Source: Bacilli bacterium
Lineage (GTDB): Bacteria; Bacillota_I; Bacilli_A; RFN20; CAG-826
Length of the DNA: 64,000 nucleotides
NCBI GenBank assembly: GCA_024408075.1
Contig: JAKSVK010000001.1
Span: forward strand, 17,273-81,272
Direction of reading: 5' to 3'
Shown: positions 26,804-37,061 of the stretch, piece by piece
Position numbering within the stretch: position 1 is the first letter of the stretch
Layout: each line of letters starts with the position of its first letter
Translations under genes and position numbers: made by a program
The notes under the pieces: model-generated
The model's input: the letters and a program-made list of their open reading frames with translations, nothing else
Told to the model about the DNA's origin: nothing
The model's database searches: none

Positions 26804-28777
26804 ATGAAACAAATCGAACAATTATCAGTCGCAACAATCAGATCACTTGCAATCGATATGATTAACAAGGCTAACTCTGGTCACCCAGGCATGGCCTTAG
26901 GCAGTGCTCCAATTCTTTATACTTTGTTTACAAAGCATCTTGTTGCTTCGCCAAAAGAAAGCGAATGGATTAATAGAGACCGTTTCGTCCTTTCCGCAGG
27001 TCACGCTTCAAGTCTACTTTATACCATGCTTCATTTATGTGGATACAAAGTATCAATGGATGATTTAAAGAACTTTAGACAATTAGGAAGCCTTACTCCA
27101 GGTCACCCAGAATATCATTGGACCGATGGAGTTGATGCAACTAGTGGTCCTTTAGGACAAGGTGTCGCTCAAGCTGTTGGCATGGCTATGGCTGAAGCAT
27201 TTCTTTCTGCTAGTTATCCTGATGGTGATAAATTGATTAACCATTACACATACGCATTATGCGGTGACGGATGCTTACAAGAAGGTATTTCTCAAGAAGC
27301 TATATCTCTTGCAGGTCACCAAAAACTTAATAAATTAATATTATTTTATGACGCAAACCAAGTCACATTAGATGGTGCACTTGATTTGTCTTTCTCAGAA
27401 TGTGTCAAAAACCGCTTTCTCGCAAGCGAATGGAACGTTATTGATGTAGAAGACGGAAATGACATAAACGCAATCGACAAGGCCATTTGTGAAGCTAAGA
27501 AGAGCAAAAACAAGCCTACAATGATCTGCGTTCATACAATTATTGGCTTTGGAAGTGCAAAACAAGGTACTTCTAAGGTACATGGTTCTCCACTAGGAGC
27601 AGAAGATGGCAAACACGCTAAAGTCGATGTATATGGCTTTGATCACGAAGATTTCTTTGTTCCTGAAGAAGTTAGAGAACATTTCAAAGAAACATTTAAT
27701 GCTCGTGGAGACAAAGCATTAGAAAAATATAATGCTGATTTTGAATCATATAAGAAAAAGCATGAAGCAGATGCTGAAAGATTTGTTTCATTAATGAAAG
27801 GTGATTTAAAAGATTATCTTCCAGAAGCAATTCCTGATTTTGAAACTGGTAGTTCTACTTCTACTCGAGTAGCTAGTGGAAAAGCATTGAATGCATATAT
27901 GCTCAATTGTCCTATGTTAATAGGTGGTGCAGCTGATGTTGCTGGAAGCGTTATGACCAAACTTGATAATGGTGTTAACTTTATGCCTGAAACTCGTAAT
28001 GGTCACAACGTGAACTGGGGAATTAGAGAATTTGCTATGGCTGCTGCTCAAAACGGAATGCTACTTCATGGTGGAGTAAGAACATATGTCGGCTGCTTTG
28101 CAGTTTTCTCTGATTATATGAAACCAGCAATTAGAATGGCTGCTTTATCACACTTACCTGCAATTTATTTATTCTCTCATGACTCAATTGCTGTTGGAGA
28201 AGATGGACCAACCCATCAACCAATTGAACAATTAGCTATGCTAAGAAGTATTCCTAATGTTAGAGTTGTTCGTCCAGCAGATGAAAGAGAAACATATGCT
28301 GCTTGGAGAGAAGCACTTAGAAGTTTAGATAAACCAACAGCTTTGATTCTTTCTAGACAAAACTTGCCTTTACTTGAGGGCAGTTCTGCTGATGGAGTTT
28401 CAAAAGGTGCTTATGTTGTTTCAAAAGAACAAAAACATGCTGATTTGATTTTAATTGCTACTGGTAGCGAAGTTTCGCTCGCAATTGAAGCTCAAAAGAA
28501 ATTACTTGAAAAGAAGATTGATGTCCGTGTTGTTTCAATGCCTTCTTGGGAACTTTTTGAACAACAAGATGTTTCTTATAGAAGAGAAGTTCTCCTTTTA
28601 CCTAGTGAAAGAAGAATTTCTATAGAAATGCTTTCAACTTTTGGTTGGGGTAAATGGGCTAAATATCATATGGGTATTGATGAATTTGGTACTTCCGCAC
28701 CTGCAAAAGATGCAATCAAGAAGTTCAATTTTGATTCAGATCATTTAGTTGAACTTTGTGAAAATATTTTGAAATAG
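26804..28777 (+). CDS. tkt: Transketolase
   Basis: RBS AAGGAGA; TPP-binding GHPG…, GDG motif CGDGCLQEG; 657 aa. Confidence 0.95.
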   Translation: MKQIEQLSVATIRSLAIDMINKANSGHPGMALGSAPILYTLFTKHLVASPKESEWINRDRFVLSAGHASSLLYTMLHLCGYKVSMDDLKNFRQLGSLTPGHPEYHWTDGVDATSGPLGQGVAQAVGMAMAEAFLSASYPDGDKLINHYTYALCGDGCLQEGISQEAISLAGHQKLNKLILFYDANQVTLDGALDLSFSECVKNRFLASEWNVIDVEDGNDINAIDKAICEAKKSKNKPTMICVHTIIGFGSAKQGTSKVHGSPLGAEDGKHAKVDVYGFDHEDFFVPEEVREHFKETFNARGDKALEKYNADFESYKKKHEADAERFVSLMKGDLKDYLPEAIPDFETGSSTSTRVASGKALNAYMLNCPMLIGGAADVAGSVMTKLDNGVNFMPETRNGHNVNWGIREFAMAAAQNGMLLHGGVRTYVGCFAVFSDYMKPAIRMAALSHLPAIYLFSHDSIAVGEDGPTHQPIEQLAMLRSIPNVRVVRPADERETYAAWREALRSLDKPTALILSRQNLPLLEGSSADGVSKGAYVVSKEQKHADLILIATGSEVSLAIEAQKKLLEKKIDVRVVSMPSWELFEQQDVSYRREVLLLPSERRISIEMLSTFGWGKWAKYHMGIDEFGTSAPAKDAIKKFNFDSDHLVELCENILK

Positions 28778-28791
28778 TTTGGTAAATAAAT

Positions 28792-29223
28792 ATGGATTCA
28801 GCAACTAGAAATCAAGAAAACACTCTCATTATGATGGTCGTTTATAATGTCCTCGTGGATTTTAAATTTGGCGAAGAAAAAATTGTCCGAGATGTTAAAG
28901 GATTGATTTCTGATATATCAGGTAAGGAATATGATCAAGTTAGTGACTATGTCAAAGATTCGGTCATGATTACTTGTGATAAATATGCTGAAATAGTGAA
29001 AGCTTATGTTCCATATTTAAAAGGTTGGGATTGGAATCGACTCCCAACTTTAACACAAGCTATTTTGCTAGCCTCTTATACTCATTTCTATTTTATAGAA
29101 AAGATTGATAAAAAAATCATTATTAATGTTGCTGTAAACCTTGCTAAAAAGTTTATTGATGATAAACAAGCTAAGTTTATTAACGCAATTTTAGACCACG
29201 GAGTACTTGATGAAAGAAAATAA
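28792..29223 (+). CDS. nusB: Transcription antitermination factor NusB-like
   Basis: 143-aa all-helical protein immediately upstream of xseA as in Firmicutes; weak sequence signature only. Confidence 0.65.
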   Translation: MDSATRNQENTLIMMVVYNVLVDFKFGEEKIVRDVKGLISDISGKEYDQVSDYVKDSVMITCDKYAEIVKAYVPYLKGWDWNRLPTLTQAILLASYTHFYFIEKIDKKIIINVAVNLAKKFIDDKQAKFINAILDHGVLDERK

Positions 29224-30346
29224 GGTTGTTTATTCGGTTAGTGATGTCAACGCTTTTATAAGTGCTATTTTAACTAGTGAAGAAAAACTAAAATACATCT
29301 CAGTACGTGGTGAAATAAGTAATTTTAAGGCCTATCCAAGTGGCCATTTATACTTTTCTTTAAAGGATGATAACTCTGTTATAAGTGCAGTAATGTTTGC
29401 TAATTATGCTTCTAAATTATCATTTGTTCCAAAAAATGGTGATGAAGTTACAGTTCTAGCAAGTGTTGATGCTTATGTCCCTCGAGGATCATATAACTTA
29501 ATGGTTTTTGAAATGAATCCAATTGGAGAAGGTCAAATTCTTCTAGAATTAGAAAAGCTTAAAAAGAAATTAGCTGCAGAAGGATTATTTGATGAATCTA
29601 GAAAAAGAAAGATTAATATCTATCCTAAAAATATTGGAGTTATAACTGCTCCTAATGGTGCAGCAATTAAAGATATTATATTTAATATAAAGAATAGATT
29701 TCCAATTGCTCAAATCTATGTTTTCCCTTCTTTAGTTCAAGGAGAAAATGCTGCTAAAGAATTACTTAAAGCATTTAATGAAGCTCAAAATTATGATTTA
29801 GATACATTAATTATTGGTCGTGGTGGCGGAGCCAGCGAAGATCTTTCTGCATTTAACGATGAAGCTTTAGTTAGAGCTATTGCTAAAAGCAAAATGCCCG
29901 TAATTTCTGCGGTTGGTCATGAAATTGATTCAACTTTGACTGACTTTGTTGCTGATTTAAAAGTATCTACTCCTACAGGTGCTGCGGTAGCTGCTACAGT
30001 GGATCAAAGAGAACTTGAAAATCAGTTTGCTTACGCAAAAGTAGTGATGGATAAAGCATTACTTGGCAAAATTGAATCAATGAATGAAGAGCTTGAATAT
30101 GCTAAAGATGAATTTAGTTCTTCTTTTGAAGAATATATGAATGATAAATGTGAAGCCTTAAAACATTTAAAAGAAAAATTAAATTTATTAAACCCAAAAG
30201 GATTATTAAAAAGAGGTTATTCAATTGTTGAACATAACGGACAAATAATTAATAGTATTAATAATATTAATATAAATGATGATATAGTTATCAAATTATA
30301 TGATGGAAGTATCATCAGCAATGTAAAAGAAACGAAAGGTAGATAG
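29210..30346 (+). CDS. xseA: Exodeoxyribonuclease VII large subunit
   Basis: OB-fold N-terminus …ISVRGEISNFKAYPSGHLYFSLKDD…; ATG at 29210 (track begins at TTG 29207). Confidence 0.9.
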   Translation: MKENKVVYSVSDVNAFISAILTSEEKLKYISVRGEISNFKAYPSGHLYFSLKDDNSVISAVMFANYASKLSFVPKNGDEVTVLASVDAYVPRGSYNLMVFEMNPIGEGQILLELEKLKKKLAAEGLFDESRKRKINIYPKNIGVITAPNGAAIKDIIFNIKNRFPIAQIYVFPSLVQGENAAKELLKAFNEAQNYDLDTLIIGRGGGASEDLSAFNDEALVRAIAKSKMPVISAVGHEIDSTLTDFVADLKVSTPTGAAVAATVDQRELENQFAYAKVVMDKALLGKIESMNEELEYAKDEFSSSFEEYMNDKCEALKHLKEKLNLLNPKGLLKRGYSIVEHNGQIINSINNININDDIVIKLYDGSIISNVKETKGR

Positions 30347-30347
30347 T

Positions 30348-30548
30348 ATGGAAGAAAAGAAAATTGATTTTGAAAAAGAATTAAATCACTTAAATGAGAT
30401 TGTATCAAAGATACAGGACGAAGCATTACCTCTCGATGAAAGCATTAAACTTTACGAAGAAGGTAATAAGATTATTGCTATGTTAGAAAAAGAATTAAAG
30501 GATGCACAAGACAAAATAGAAAAGATTGTATCAATCAATAAAAAATAA
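30348..30548 (+). CDS. xseB: Exodeoxyribonuclease VII small subunit
   Basis: 66-aa coiled-coil protein with FEKELNHLNEIVSKIQDEALPLDESIKLYEEG, coupled to xseA. Confidence 0.85.
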   Translation: MEEKKIDFEKELNHLNEIVSKIQDEALPLDESIKLYEEGNKIIAMLEKELKDAQDKIEKIVSINKK

Positions 30549-30581
30549 AAAACGTTAGTAGAAAATTAGTAGTTAAATAGT

Positions 30582-32435
30582 ATGTCAAAAAAGCAGATTA
30601 GAAGAATTGATATTGATAAAATCAAGAATCCAGAATTCCTGAATGATTTAAGCTACGAAGAACTTGATCAATTGAGCGAAGATATTAGAGGATATCTTTT
30701 AGATATCACTTCTCATAATGGCGGTCACTTAGCTTCTAATTTAGGAACTGTTGAGGCTACTATTTCACTATGTAAAAGTTTTGATTTTACTAAAGATAAG
30801 ATAGTTTTCGACGTTGGCCATCAATGTTATACATATAAACTTTTGACTGGAAGAAATCTTAAAGATTTAAGGAAAAAAGGCGGAACTAGTGGATTCCAAA
30901 AGATGTCTGAATCACCTTATGACCATTTTGAAGCAGGCCATAGCTCTACATCTATTAGTGTCGCTAATGGCTTTGCCATTGCGAGAGACTTAAATAAAGA
31001 AAATTACAACGTTATTGCCTTCATTGGTGACTCTTCAATTCCAAACGGGCTTTCCTTTGAAGCATTAAATAACGTTGGCGCAAATAATCACAAAGTAATT
31101 ATTGTTTTAAATGATAATAATATGTCAATTTCTAAACCTGTTGGTGGATTTGCTAAAGCGTTTAGAAAATTCTCTACTTCTGGTGTGTATTTACAAAGTA
31201 AAAACATATTTACTAAGCTATTTAACTTAACTAAACTTGGCAAAAAACTCCTTAGAAAATTAACACGTGTAAAGAACTGGTTGAAAAAGAAGGTTCTTAA
31301 TATAACCATATTTGATACGTTAGGTTATACCGTGATTGGACCTGTTGATGGACATTATATCAAGCAGATGGATAAAGCATTTGCTAAAGCAAAGAAAATC
31401 AAAAATTCTGTTGTTGTCTATATTAAAACAATTAAAGGAAAAGGTTATAAATTTGCTGAAAAAGATGTTACTGGTGAATGGCATGGCGTATCTAAATTTG
31501 ATGTTAATACCGGTGAAATGATTAACAAAAATGCATGCGCTACTTGGAGTGAACAATATAACTGCATCCTTAAGGATGAAATGAAAATAAATCCTAAAAT
31601 TATTACCATTGCTCCTGCTACGGAACATGGATCTCAACTAGATTCTTTATTTAAGAATTTCCCAGATCGAACCATTGATGTTGGTATTAGTGAAGAACAC
31701 GCATTTACAATGTCTGGTGGCCTTTCTGCTAGTGGATATCACCCAGTTATTAGTATTTATTCAACATTCCTTCAAAGAGCTTATGATGAGCTTTCTCATG
31801 ATTTAGCCAGAATGAATCTTAACTGTACAATTTTAATTGACCGTGCTGGTTTAGTTGGAAATGATGGTGAAACCCATCAAGGCCTTTATGATGAAGCTTT
31901 CATGTTTACTATTCCTAATATTACAATTACCATGGCAAGTAGAACTAGCGAAGCACTTTCTTTATTAAAAGAATCTACATGTAATCATGGAGTATTTGCG
32001 ATTAGATATCCTCGTGAAACGGTTTCATCGTGTTCAGAAGAAGTTAAAAAAATTCCTTATGGAACTTGGAAAGAAGAACTACTTGGAAAAGAAGTTGCTA
32101 TTGTTTCTGTTGGACCTATGACATTAAAAGTTAAAAATGCATTAATTGAAAACAAAGCTAATGTTACTTTATATAATGCGATTTATTTAAGACCTATTGA
32201 TGAAGTGAAAACTCTAGAATTACTCAAATATAACAAAGTTATTATCTATAATCCTTATGCAACTAAAGAAGGATTTGCTAATGCTTTATTGATTAAATTA
32301 ATTGACCTTGGCTATAAAGGAAAAATTGTTTGTATGACAGTTCCAAATGAATTTGTTAAACAAGCAAGTATTGATGAACAAAGAGAACAATTTTCTTTAA
32401 CAGTTGAAGATGTCCTTAAGGAAGTTAACAAATAA
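30582..32435 (+). CDS. dxs: 1-deoxy-D-xylulose-5-phosphate synthase
   Basis: TPP motif GHSSTSISVANG…GDSS, transketolase-like pyrimidine domain; 617 aa. Confidence 0.9.
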   Translation: MSKKQIRRIDIDKIKNPEFLNDLSYEELDQLSEDIRGYLLDITSHNGGHLASNLGTVEATISLCKSFDFTKDKIVFDVGHQCYTYKLLTGRNLKDLRKKGGTSGFQKMSESPYDHFEAGHSSTSISVANGFAIARDLNKENYNVIAFIGDSSIPNGLSFEALNNVGANNHKVIIVLNDNNMSISKPVGGFAKAFRKFSTSGVYLQSKNIFTKLFNLTKLGKKLLRKLTRVKNWLKKKVLNITIFDTLGYTVIGPVDGHYIKQMDKAFAKAKKIKNSVVVYIKTIKGKGYKFAEKDVTGEWHGVSKFDVNTGEMINKNACATWSEQYNCILKDEMKINPKIITIAPATEHGSQLDSLFKNFPDRTIDVGISEEHAFTMSGGLSASGYHPVISIYSTFLQRAYDELSHDLARMNLNCTILIDRAGLVGNDGETHQGLYDEAFMFTIPNITITMASRTSEALSLLKESTCNHGVFAIRYPRETVSSCSEEVKKIPYGTWKEELLGKEVAIVSVGPMTLKVKNALIENKANVTLYNAIYLRPIDEVKTLELLKYNKVIIYNPYATKEGFANALLIKLIDLGYKGKIVCMTVPNEFVKQASIDEQREQFSLTVEDVLKEVNK

Positions 32436-33310
32436 TGGATATTGTTGATGCTGTTGATAGTTATAAACAATATTTAATCGCTGAAAAGGGTTTATCTAAT
32501 TTAACAATTCAAAATTATTCAGATGATTTAAAGTTTTTCTTCGAGCAATTTAATATGCTTGAAACTACTTCTGATTTATCTCCAGATTTACTGGAAAAAT
32601 TTCTTGTACATCAATTAAATACAGGAAAAAGTGTTTCTACTTCTTTAAGAAGAATATCAACTATTAAGAATTTTTATTCCTTTTTATCTAGTGAAAAAAT
32701 CATTGATTTTGATCTTCCTTTAATTGATTTACCTAAAAAGCCATCAAGACTTCCAGTTTGTTTATCTAGTGAAGAAGTTGATGCTTTACTTGATATGCCG
32801 GACACGAGAAAAGAAGGCGGAATTAGAGATAAAGCTATGCTTGAGTTGATGTACGCTAGCGGACTTAGAGTAAGTGAAATGCTTTTACTTGAAAGAAAAA
32901 ATGTTAATTTAAAGCAAGGAATCCTTCATATTTTTGGCAAAGGCGCTAAAGAACGTGTTGTTCCAATGGGTGATTTTGCCAAAGATTATGTTGAAAAATA
33001 CATCAAAGATGTTCGTGACAAAAATGTTGGAGCTTGCTCTAAATATTTGTTTTTAAATAAAAACGGCAAACCACTGTCTAGAGTGTATTTTTTTAAACAA
33101 ATTAGAAAATATGCCTTATTAGCAGGAATAGATAAAACTATTTCTCCTCATACGCTTAGACACTGTTTTGCTACTCATTTGTTAGAAAATGGTGCACAAC
33201 TTAGAACGGTTCAACAACTTCTAGGACACACTAATATTGCTACGACACAGATTTATACTCATATCTCAACTAAACGAATATTAAGTGCTTATGATTTGCT
33301 CATGGAATGA
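32435..33310 (+). CDS. xerD: Tyrosine site-specific recombinase, XerC/XerD family
   Basis: Catalytic R…HTLRH…TQIYTH (R-H-R-Y) tetrad; 291 aa. Confidence 0.8.
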   Translation: MDIVDAVDSYKQYLIAEKGLSNLTIQNYSDDLKFFFEQFNMLETTSDLSPDLLEKFLVHQLNTGKSVSTSLRRISTIKNFYSFLSSEKIIDFDLPLIDLPKKPSRLPVCLSSEEVDALLDMPDTRKEGGIRDKAMLELMYASGLRVSEMLLLERKNVNLKQGILHIFGKGAKERVVPMGDFAKDYVEKYIKDVRDKNVGACSKYLFLNKNGKPLSRVYFFKQIRKYALLAGIDKTISPHTLRHCFATHLLENGAQLRTVQQLLGHTNIATTQIYTHISTKRILSAYDLLME

Positions 33311-33328
33311 GATTGTGATAATATTTTT

Positions 33329-34528
33329 ATGAAGATGAAATATAAAAGAATATTTGTAATTGTTGCTGATTCAGCTGGAATTGGTTATGAACCAGATGCC
33401 GAAAAGTTTGGTGATTATGGAACTAATACTTTTGTTCATATCGCTGAAAAAATGCCAAATGGATTAAATATTCCTAACATGAATAGCCTTGGTATTGCTG
33501 ATTTAGCAGATATTAAAGGAACACATAAAGTAAGTCATCCACATTCTTATGTTGCTAGAGCAAGAGAACTTTCCAATGGAAAAGATACTATGACTGGCCA
33601 CTGGGAAATGATGGGAGTACTTACCACAAAACCATTCCAAACATTTACTGATACAGGTTTTCCAATGGAACTTATTGATTTACTTGAAGAAAAAACTGGA
33701 CATAAAGTAATTGGAAACTGTGCTGCTAGTGGTACTGAAATAATTAAAGAACTTGGCGAAGAACAAATGAGAGACAATTCTTTAATTGTTTATACTTCTG
33801 CTGATTCAGTTCTTCAAATTGCAGCTCACGAAGAAGTGACTGGTTTACAAGAACTTTATCGTTGTTGTGAAATCGCTCGTGAAATATGTATGAAACCTGA
33901 ATGGATGGTTGGAAGAGTTATCGCTAGACCATACGTTGGTAGTAATAAAGATAACTTTAAAAGAACAAGCAACCGTCATGATTTAGCTTTAAAACCATCT
34001 GTTCCTACAGTGATGAATGTTTTACAAGACAACAACTTTATGGTTAGTTGTGTTGGAAAAATTGGTGACATCTTTGATGGATATGGTGTAGTTAAGACTC
34101 AAAAAACTGTTTCTAATGAAGATGGAATGGATAAAACCATATTAGAAGCTAAAAATCATGATTTCACTGGAATTTGCTTTGTTAACTTAGTTGAATTTGA
34201 TAGTGAATATGGACACAGAAGAAATCCAATCGGATACGGAGAATGTCTTGAAAGATTTGATAAACGTGTTGGCGAATTCATAAAAGAGATGAAAGAAGAT
34301 GATTTATTAATTATCACCGCAGATCACGGAAATGATCCAACTTGGACAGGCACCGATCACACAAGAGAAAAGGTTCCATTACTTATGTATTCTCCTTCAA
34401 TTAAAGATGGAAAGTACCTAGAAGAAAGAGAATCATTTGGTGATATCGGAGCAACAATCTTAGAAAACTTCGCATTAAAAAAGCCTTCCAATTTAGTCGG
34501 AAAGCCAATTAATGAATTACTGAAATAA
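33329..34528 (+). CDS. deoB: Phosphopentomutase
   Basis: Metalloenzyme alkaline-phosphatase-like fold: …[10 protein letters not shown]…, …[19 protein letters not shown]…. Confidence 0.9.
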   Translation: MKMKYKRIFVIVADSAGIGYEPDAEKFGDYGTNTFVHIAEKMPNGLNIPNMNSLGIADLADIKGTHKVSHPHSYVARARELSNGKDTMTGHWEMMGVLTTKPFQTFTDTGFPMELIDLLEEKTGHKVIGNCAASGTEIIKELGEEQMRDNSLIVYTSADSVLQIAAHEEVTGLQELYRCCEIAREICMKPEWMVGRVIARPYVGSNKDNFKRTSNRHDLALKPSVPTVMNVLQDNNFMVSCVGKIGDIFDGYGVVKTQKTVSNEDGMDKTILEAKNHDFTGICFVNLVEFDSEYGHRRNPIGYGECLERFDKRVGEFIKEMKEDDLLIITADHGNDPTWTGTDHTREKVPLLMYSPSIKDGKYLEERESFGDIGATILENFALKKPSNLVGKPINELLK

Positions 34529-34542
34529 ATAATTGACCTAGC

Positions 34543-35307
34543 TTAAGCTAGGTTTTTTAATGGCTTTTTAACAAAGCTTAAAAGTAAAGCCACTAAAAGC
34601 ATTAATGCAATTGCAATAAAAGCATAAGCAAAAGTAGGGATTAATCCATTACTTGAATTTAAATATGCTTGTTGTATTGCGTTTCCGATTCCTTTTGTAG
34701 AACTTCCTGAAATTACTTCAGACATGATTTCAATTTTAAATGATAATGAAAATGAAGTAATTAAACCAAGTGCAATATAAGGGAATGATAGTGGAAATTT
34801 TATTTTACTCATTATTTGTAATGGGCTTTTGCTATCTAACGTAGCAGCAAGAACTAGTTCTTTATCAACATGTTGAAAACCGCTTGCTGTGGCTTCATAT
34901 ATCATTGGGAAGACAATTATGCTGACCATGTATATTGGAGCGTTCTTAAGGCCTGCAAGAACTAGAAAAACAAATATTAAAGCAGCAGTAGGAACTGTTT
35001 TTATTGCAATCATCGTAGGATTAAAGACATATTTAAGCTTTGTATAGTTACCTGCTAAGGCGCCTACAATAAAACCTGCTAAAGCAGCAATGGCAAATCC
35101 TATAAGCATTCTTTTTAGTGATCCCCAAATACATTCGTATGTATATTTATCACCTAAAAATATCCATGCTTGTTTAATTGTGTCGATTGGAGAAGGAAAA
35201 ATAGCTTTGCTTTGTCCTGCTATGAGGTAAATAACATACCAAATAGCAAAAAATAAAAGAACTCCTAAAACTGTTAATGTGTATTTATTAATAAAATACT
35301 TCTTCAT
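34543..35307 (-). CDS. ABC transporter permease (NitT/TauT/SsuC-type, BPD_transp_1)
   Basis: 6 TM helices, EAA-like loop …ATLDSKSPLQIMSKIKFP…; 20-nt overlap with upstream binding protein gene. Confidence 0.75.
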   Translation of the reverse strand: MKKYFINKYTLTVLGVLLFFAIWYVIYLIAGQSKAIFPSPIDTIKQAWIFLGDKYTYECIWGSLKRMLIGFAIAALAGFIVGALAGNYTKLKYVFNPTMIAIKTVPTAALIFVFLVLAGLKNAPIYMVSIIVFPMIYEATASGFQHVDKELVLAATLDSKSPLQIMSKIKFPLSFPYIALGLITSFSLSFKIEIMSEVISGSSTKGIGNAIQQAYLNSSNGLIPTFAYAFIAIALMLLVALLLSFVKKPLKNLA

Positions 35308-36211
35308 TTAATGTTCCTAATTTTAATCCAGGGAATAAATCAACAAATTGCTGAATGTCATTTTTAATTGAATAAGCAGACTTATAACCAAGAGAAAATC
35401 CGTTATTTTTCTCAGTTACAGTTTTGGCAATTTTACCAGTAACTCCATATTTTCCTTGTTGGGCTTCAGGAGATCCTAAAGTGGATAAAGCAATTTCTAA
35501 TACATCAGGATTTTCTAAGGCAATAAGGATGCTATTTTCTAAATTTGCTAAGAATGAATCAATTAAATTTTTATTCGATGTTTTCTTAACAAATACAGAT
35601 GCTTGAGTTAGCATTTTTCCATTAGTTTTCTTTGAAAAATCCTCTTGTACATTTTTAAAAACTTCAGAATTTGTCGATGTGACAACAGGTTCAGAAGTGA
35701 ATATATAATCAAATTTAATAGTGGTTTCATCGGTTAAAGTTCCGTTATTTTCAATTACTGTTTTAGTTAAGGCTAAAGAAGCAACAGCATATGTTGATAA
35801 TCCTAAATCACCATAAACATAGTTAAATATTTTTCCAGGTAAATCATTTTCTTGGAAAATAAGAACCTTATCACCTGCATTTAGAGTATGATCTTCATCT
35901 CTACCTGTAGAAACGATAAAGAAGTTACCAAACGTAATAACGGCAGCAATTTGATAATTAGCATGTTGATTTACTATTTGATTTAAGCCGCCTTGAGTTG
36001 GTGCAACAATAATGTCATATGTATCTTTCATAAACATTGGAATGATCCCGTTTTGTGGATTGCTAGATGTTATAAAGTTTTCATTATTTGCATAATCATA
36101 AAAGCATAATGATGGTGCATTTGTCGGACAAACAATCTTTAAAGATTGTTGTTTATCAGAGCATGACACCAATCCAAGTAGAGCAACTAGAAGTAAAAAT
36201 CCTTTTTTCAT
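35288..36211 (-). CDS. ABC transporter substrate-binding lipoprotein
   Basis: Start moved to MKKGFLLLVALLGLVSC (lipobox LVSC) at 36211; the track ORF extends further upstream without signal peptide logic. Confidence 0.6.
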   Translation of the reverse strand: MKKGFLLLVALLGLVSCSDKQQSLKIVCPTNAPSLCFYDYANNENFITSSNPQNGIIPMFMKDTYDIIVAPTQGGLNQIVNQHANYQIAAVITFGNFFIVSTGRDEDHTLNAGDKVLIFQENDLPGKIFNYVYGDLGLSTYAVASLALTKTVIENNGTLTDETTIKFDYIFTSEPVVTSTNSEVFKNVQEDFSKKTNGKMLTQASVFVKKTSNKNLIDSFLANLENSILIALENPDVLEIALSTLGSPEAQQGKYGVTGKIAKTVTEKNNGFSLGYKSAYSIKNDIQQFVDLFPGLKLGTLNEEVFY

Positions 36212-36244
36212 AGTTTTATAATAATAAATATGATTAAATAATAA

Positions 36245-36260
36245 TGTGATTTGAATCACG
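36245..36260. promoter_or_regulatory. CRP/FNR-type palindromic box TGTGA-tttgaa-TCACG in divergent promoter region
   Basis: 9/10 match to TGTGA-N6-TCACA; lies 13 nt upstream of the Crp/Fnr-family gene ATG and about 45 nt upstream of the lipoprotein ATG. Confidence 0.45.
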
Positions 36261-36272
36261 AAAATTAAAAAT

Positions 36273-36839
36273 ATGTTTGAAGAATTAGCAAAATACAAAT
36301 TAACAAAATATAAATCTGGAACGATTATTTTTGATGAAGGAAGCACATGCAATGTTGTTTCCTTTGTTAAAAAAGGATGCATTAAAATAGTAGCTTATAC
36401 GAATAATGGCGATGAGATTCTATATAATAGAATACATAGTGGAGATTGCTTTGGAGAAAGCCTTTTATTTTCAAACAATCAAATATATCAAGGTGATGTA
36501 ATAGCAGAAGAAGATTGTGAATTATATCAATTAACTAAGTCTGAGATACTAGATTTGATGCAAAAAGACCAACAATTCCTCATAAATTACTTATCTAAAA
36601 TCTCAGAAAGTAATAAAAACGCTAGAACATCGATAAAAATATTAACCTTCAAATGTGTTGAAGATAGAATTCTATACAGCTTAAATATTTCTCAAGGCAA
36701 AATTGCATATAAATCAATTTCAGATTTAGCTAAAAGGTTATTTGTTTCAAGAGAATCACTTAGCAGATCTTTACATAAATTAGAAAATGGTGGAATCATT
36801 AAAATTTCTAACAAAAATATAAAATTAGTAGATAATTAG
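36273..36839 (+). CDS. Crp/Fnr-family transcriptional regulator (cNMP-binding + C-terminal HTH)
   Basis: cNMP-binding β-roll with …GDCFGESLLF…; HTH …ISDLAKRLFVSRESLSRSLHKLENGGII…. Confidence 0.7.
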   Translation: MFEELAKYKLTKYKSGTIIFDEGSTCNVVSFVKKGCIKIVAYTNNGDEILYNRIHSGDCFGESLLFSNNQIYQGDVIAEEDCELYQLTKSEILDLMQKDQQFLINYLSKISESNKNARTSIKILTFKCVEDRILYSLNISQGKIAYKSISDLAKRLFVSRESLSRSLHKLENGGIIKISNKNIKLVDN

Positions 36840-37061
36840 TACATACTATTTTTACACAATTGTGGATAACTATTAACCAAATTGATATGCATGTTATATA
36901 GAAACTGCATATTTTTTTATTGATTAAATCATATTTTTTATATATTTAGTTAACATAATGACTATTATGCGAAATTTAGATTTTATAGCAAAAATGGTGA
37001 TAAATGAAAAAATAATAAAAAACATCATATTGAAAGAAAATATAATGTTCAAATTAAGATA

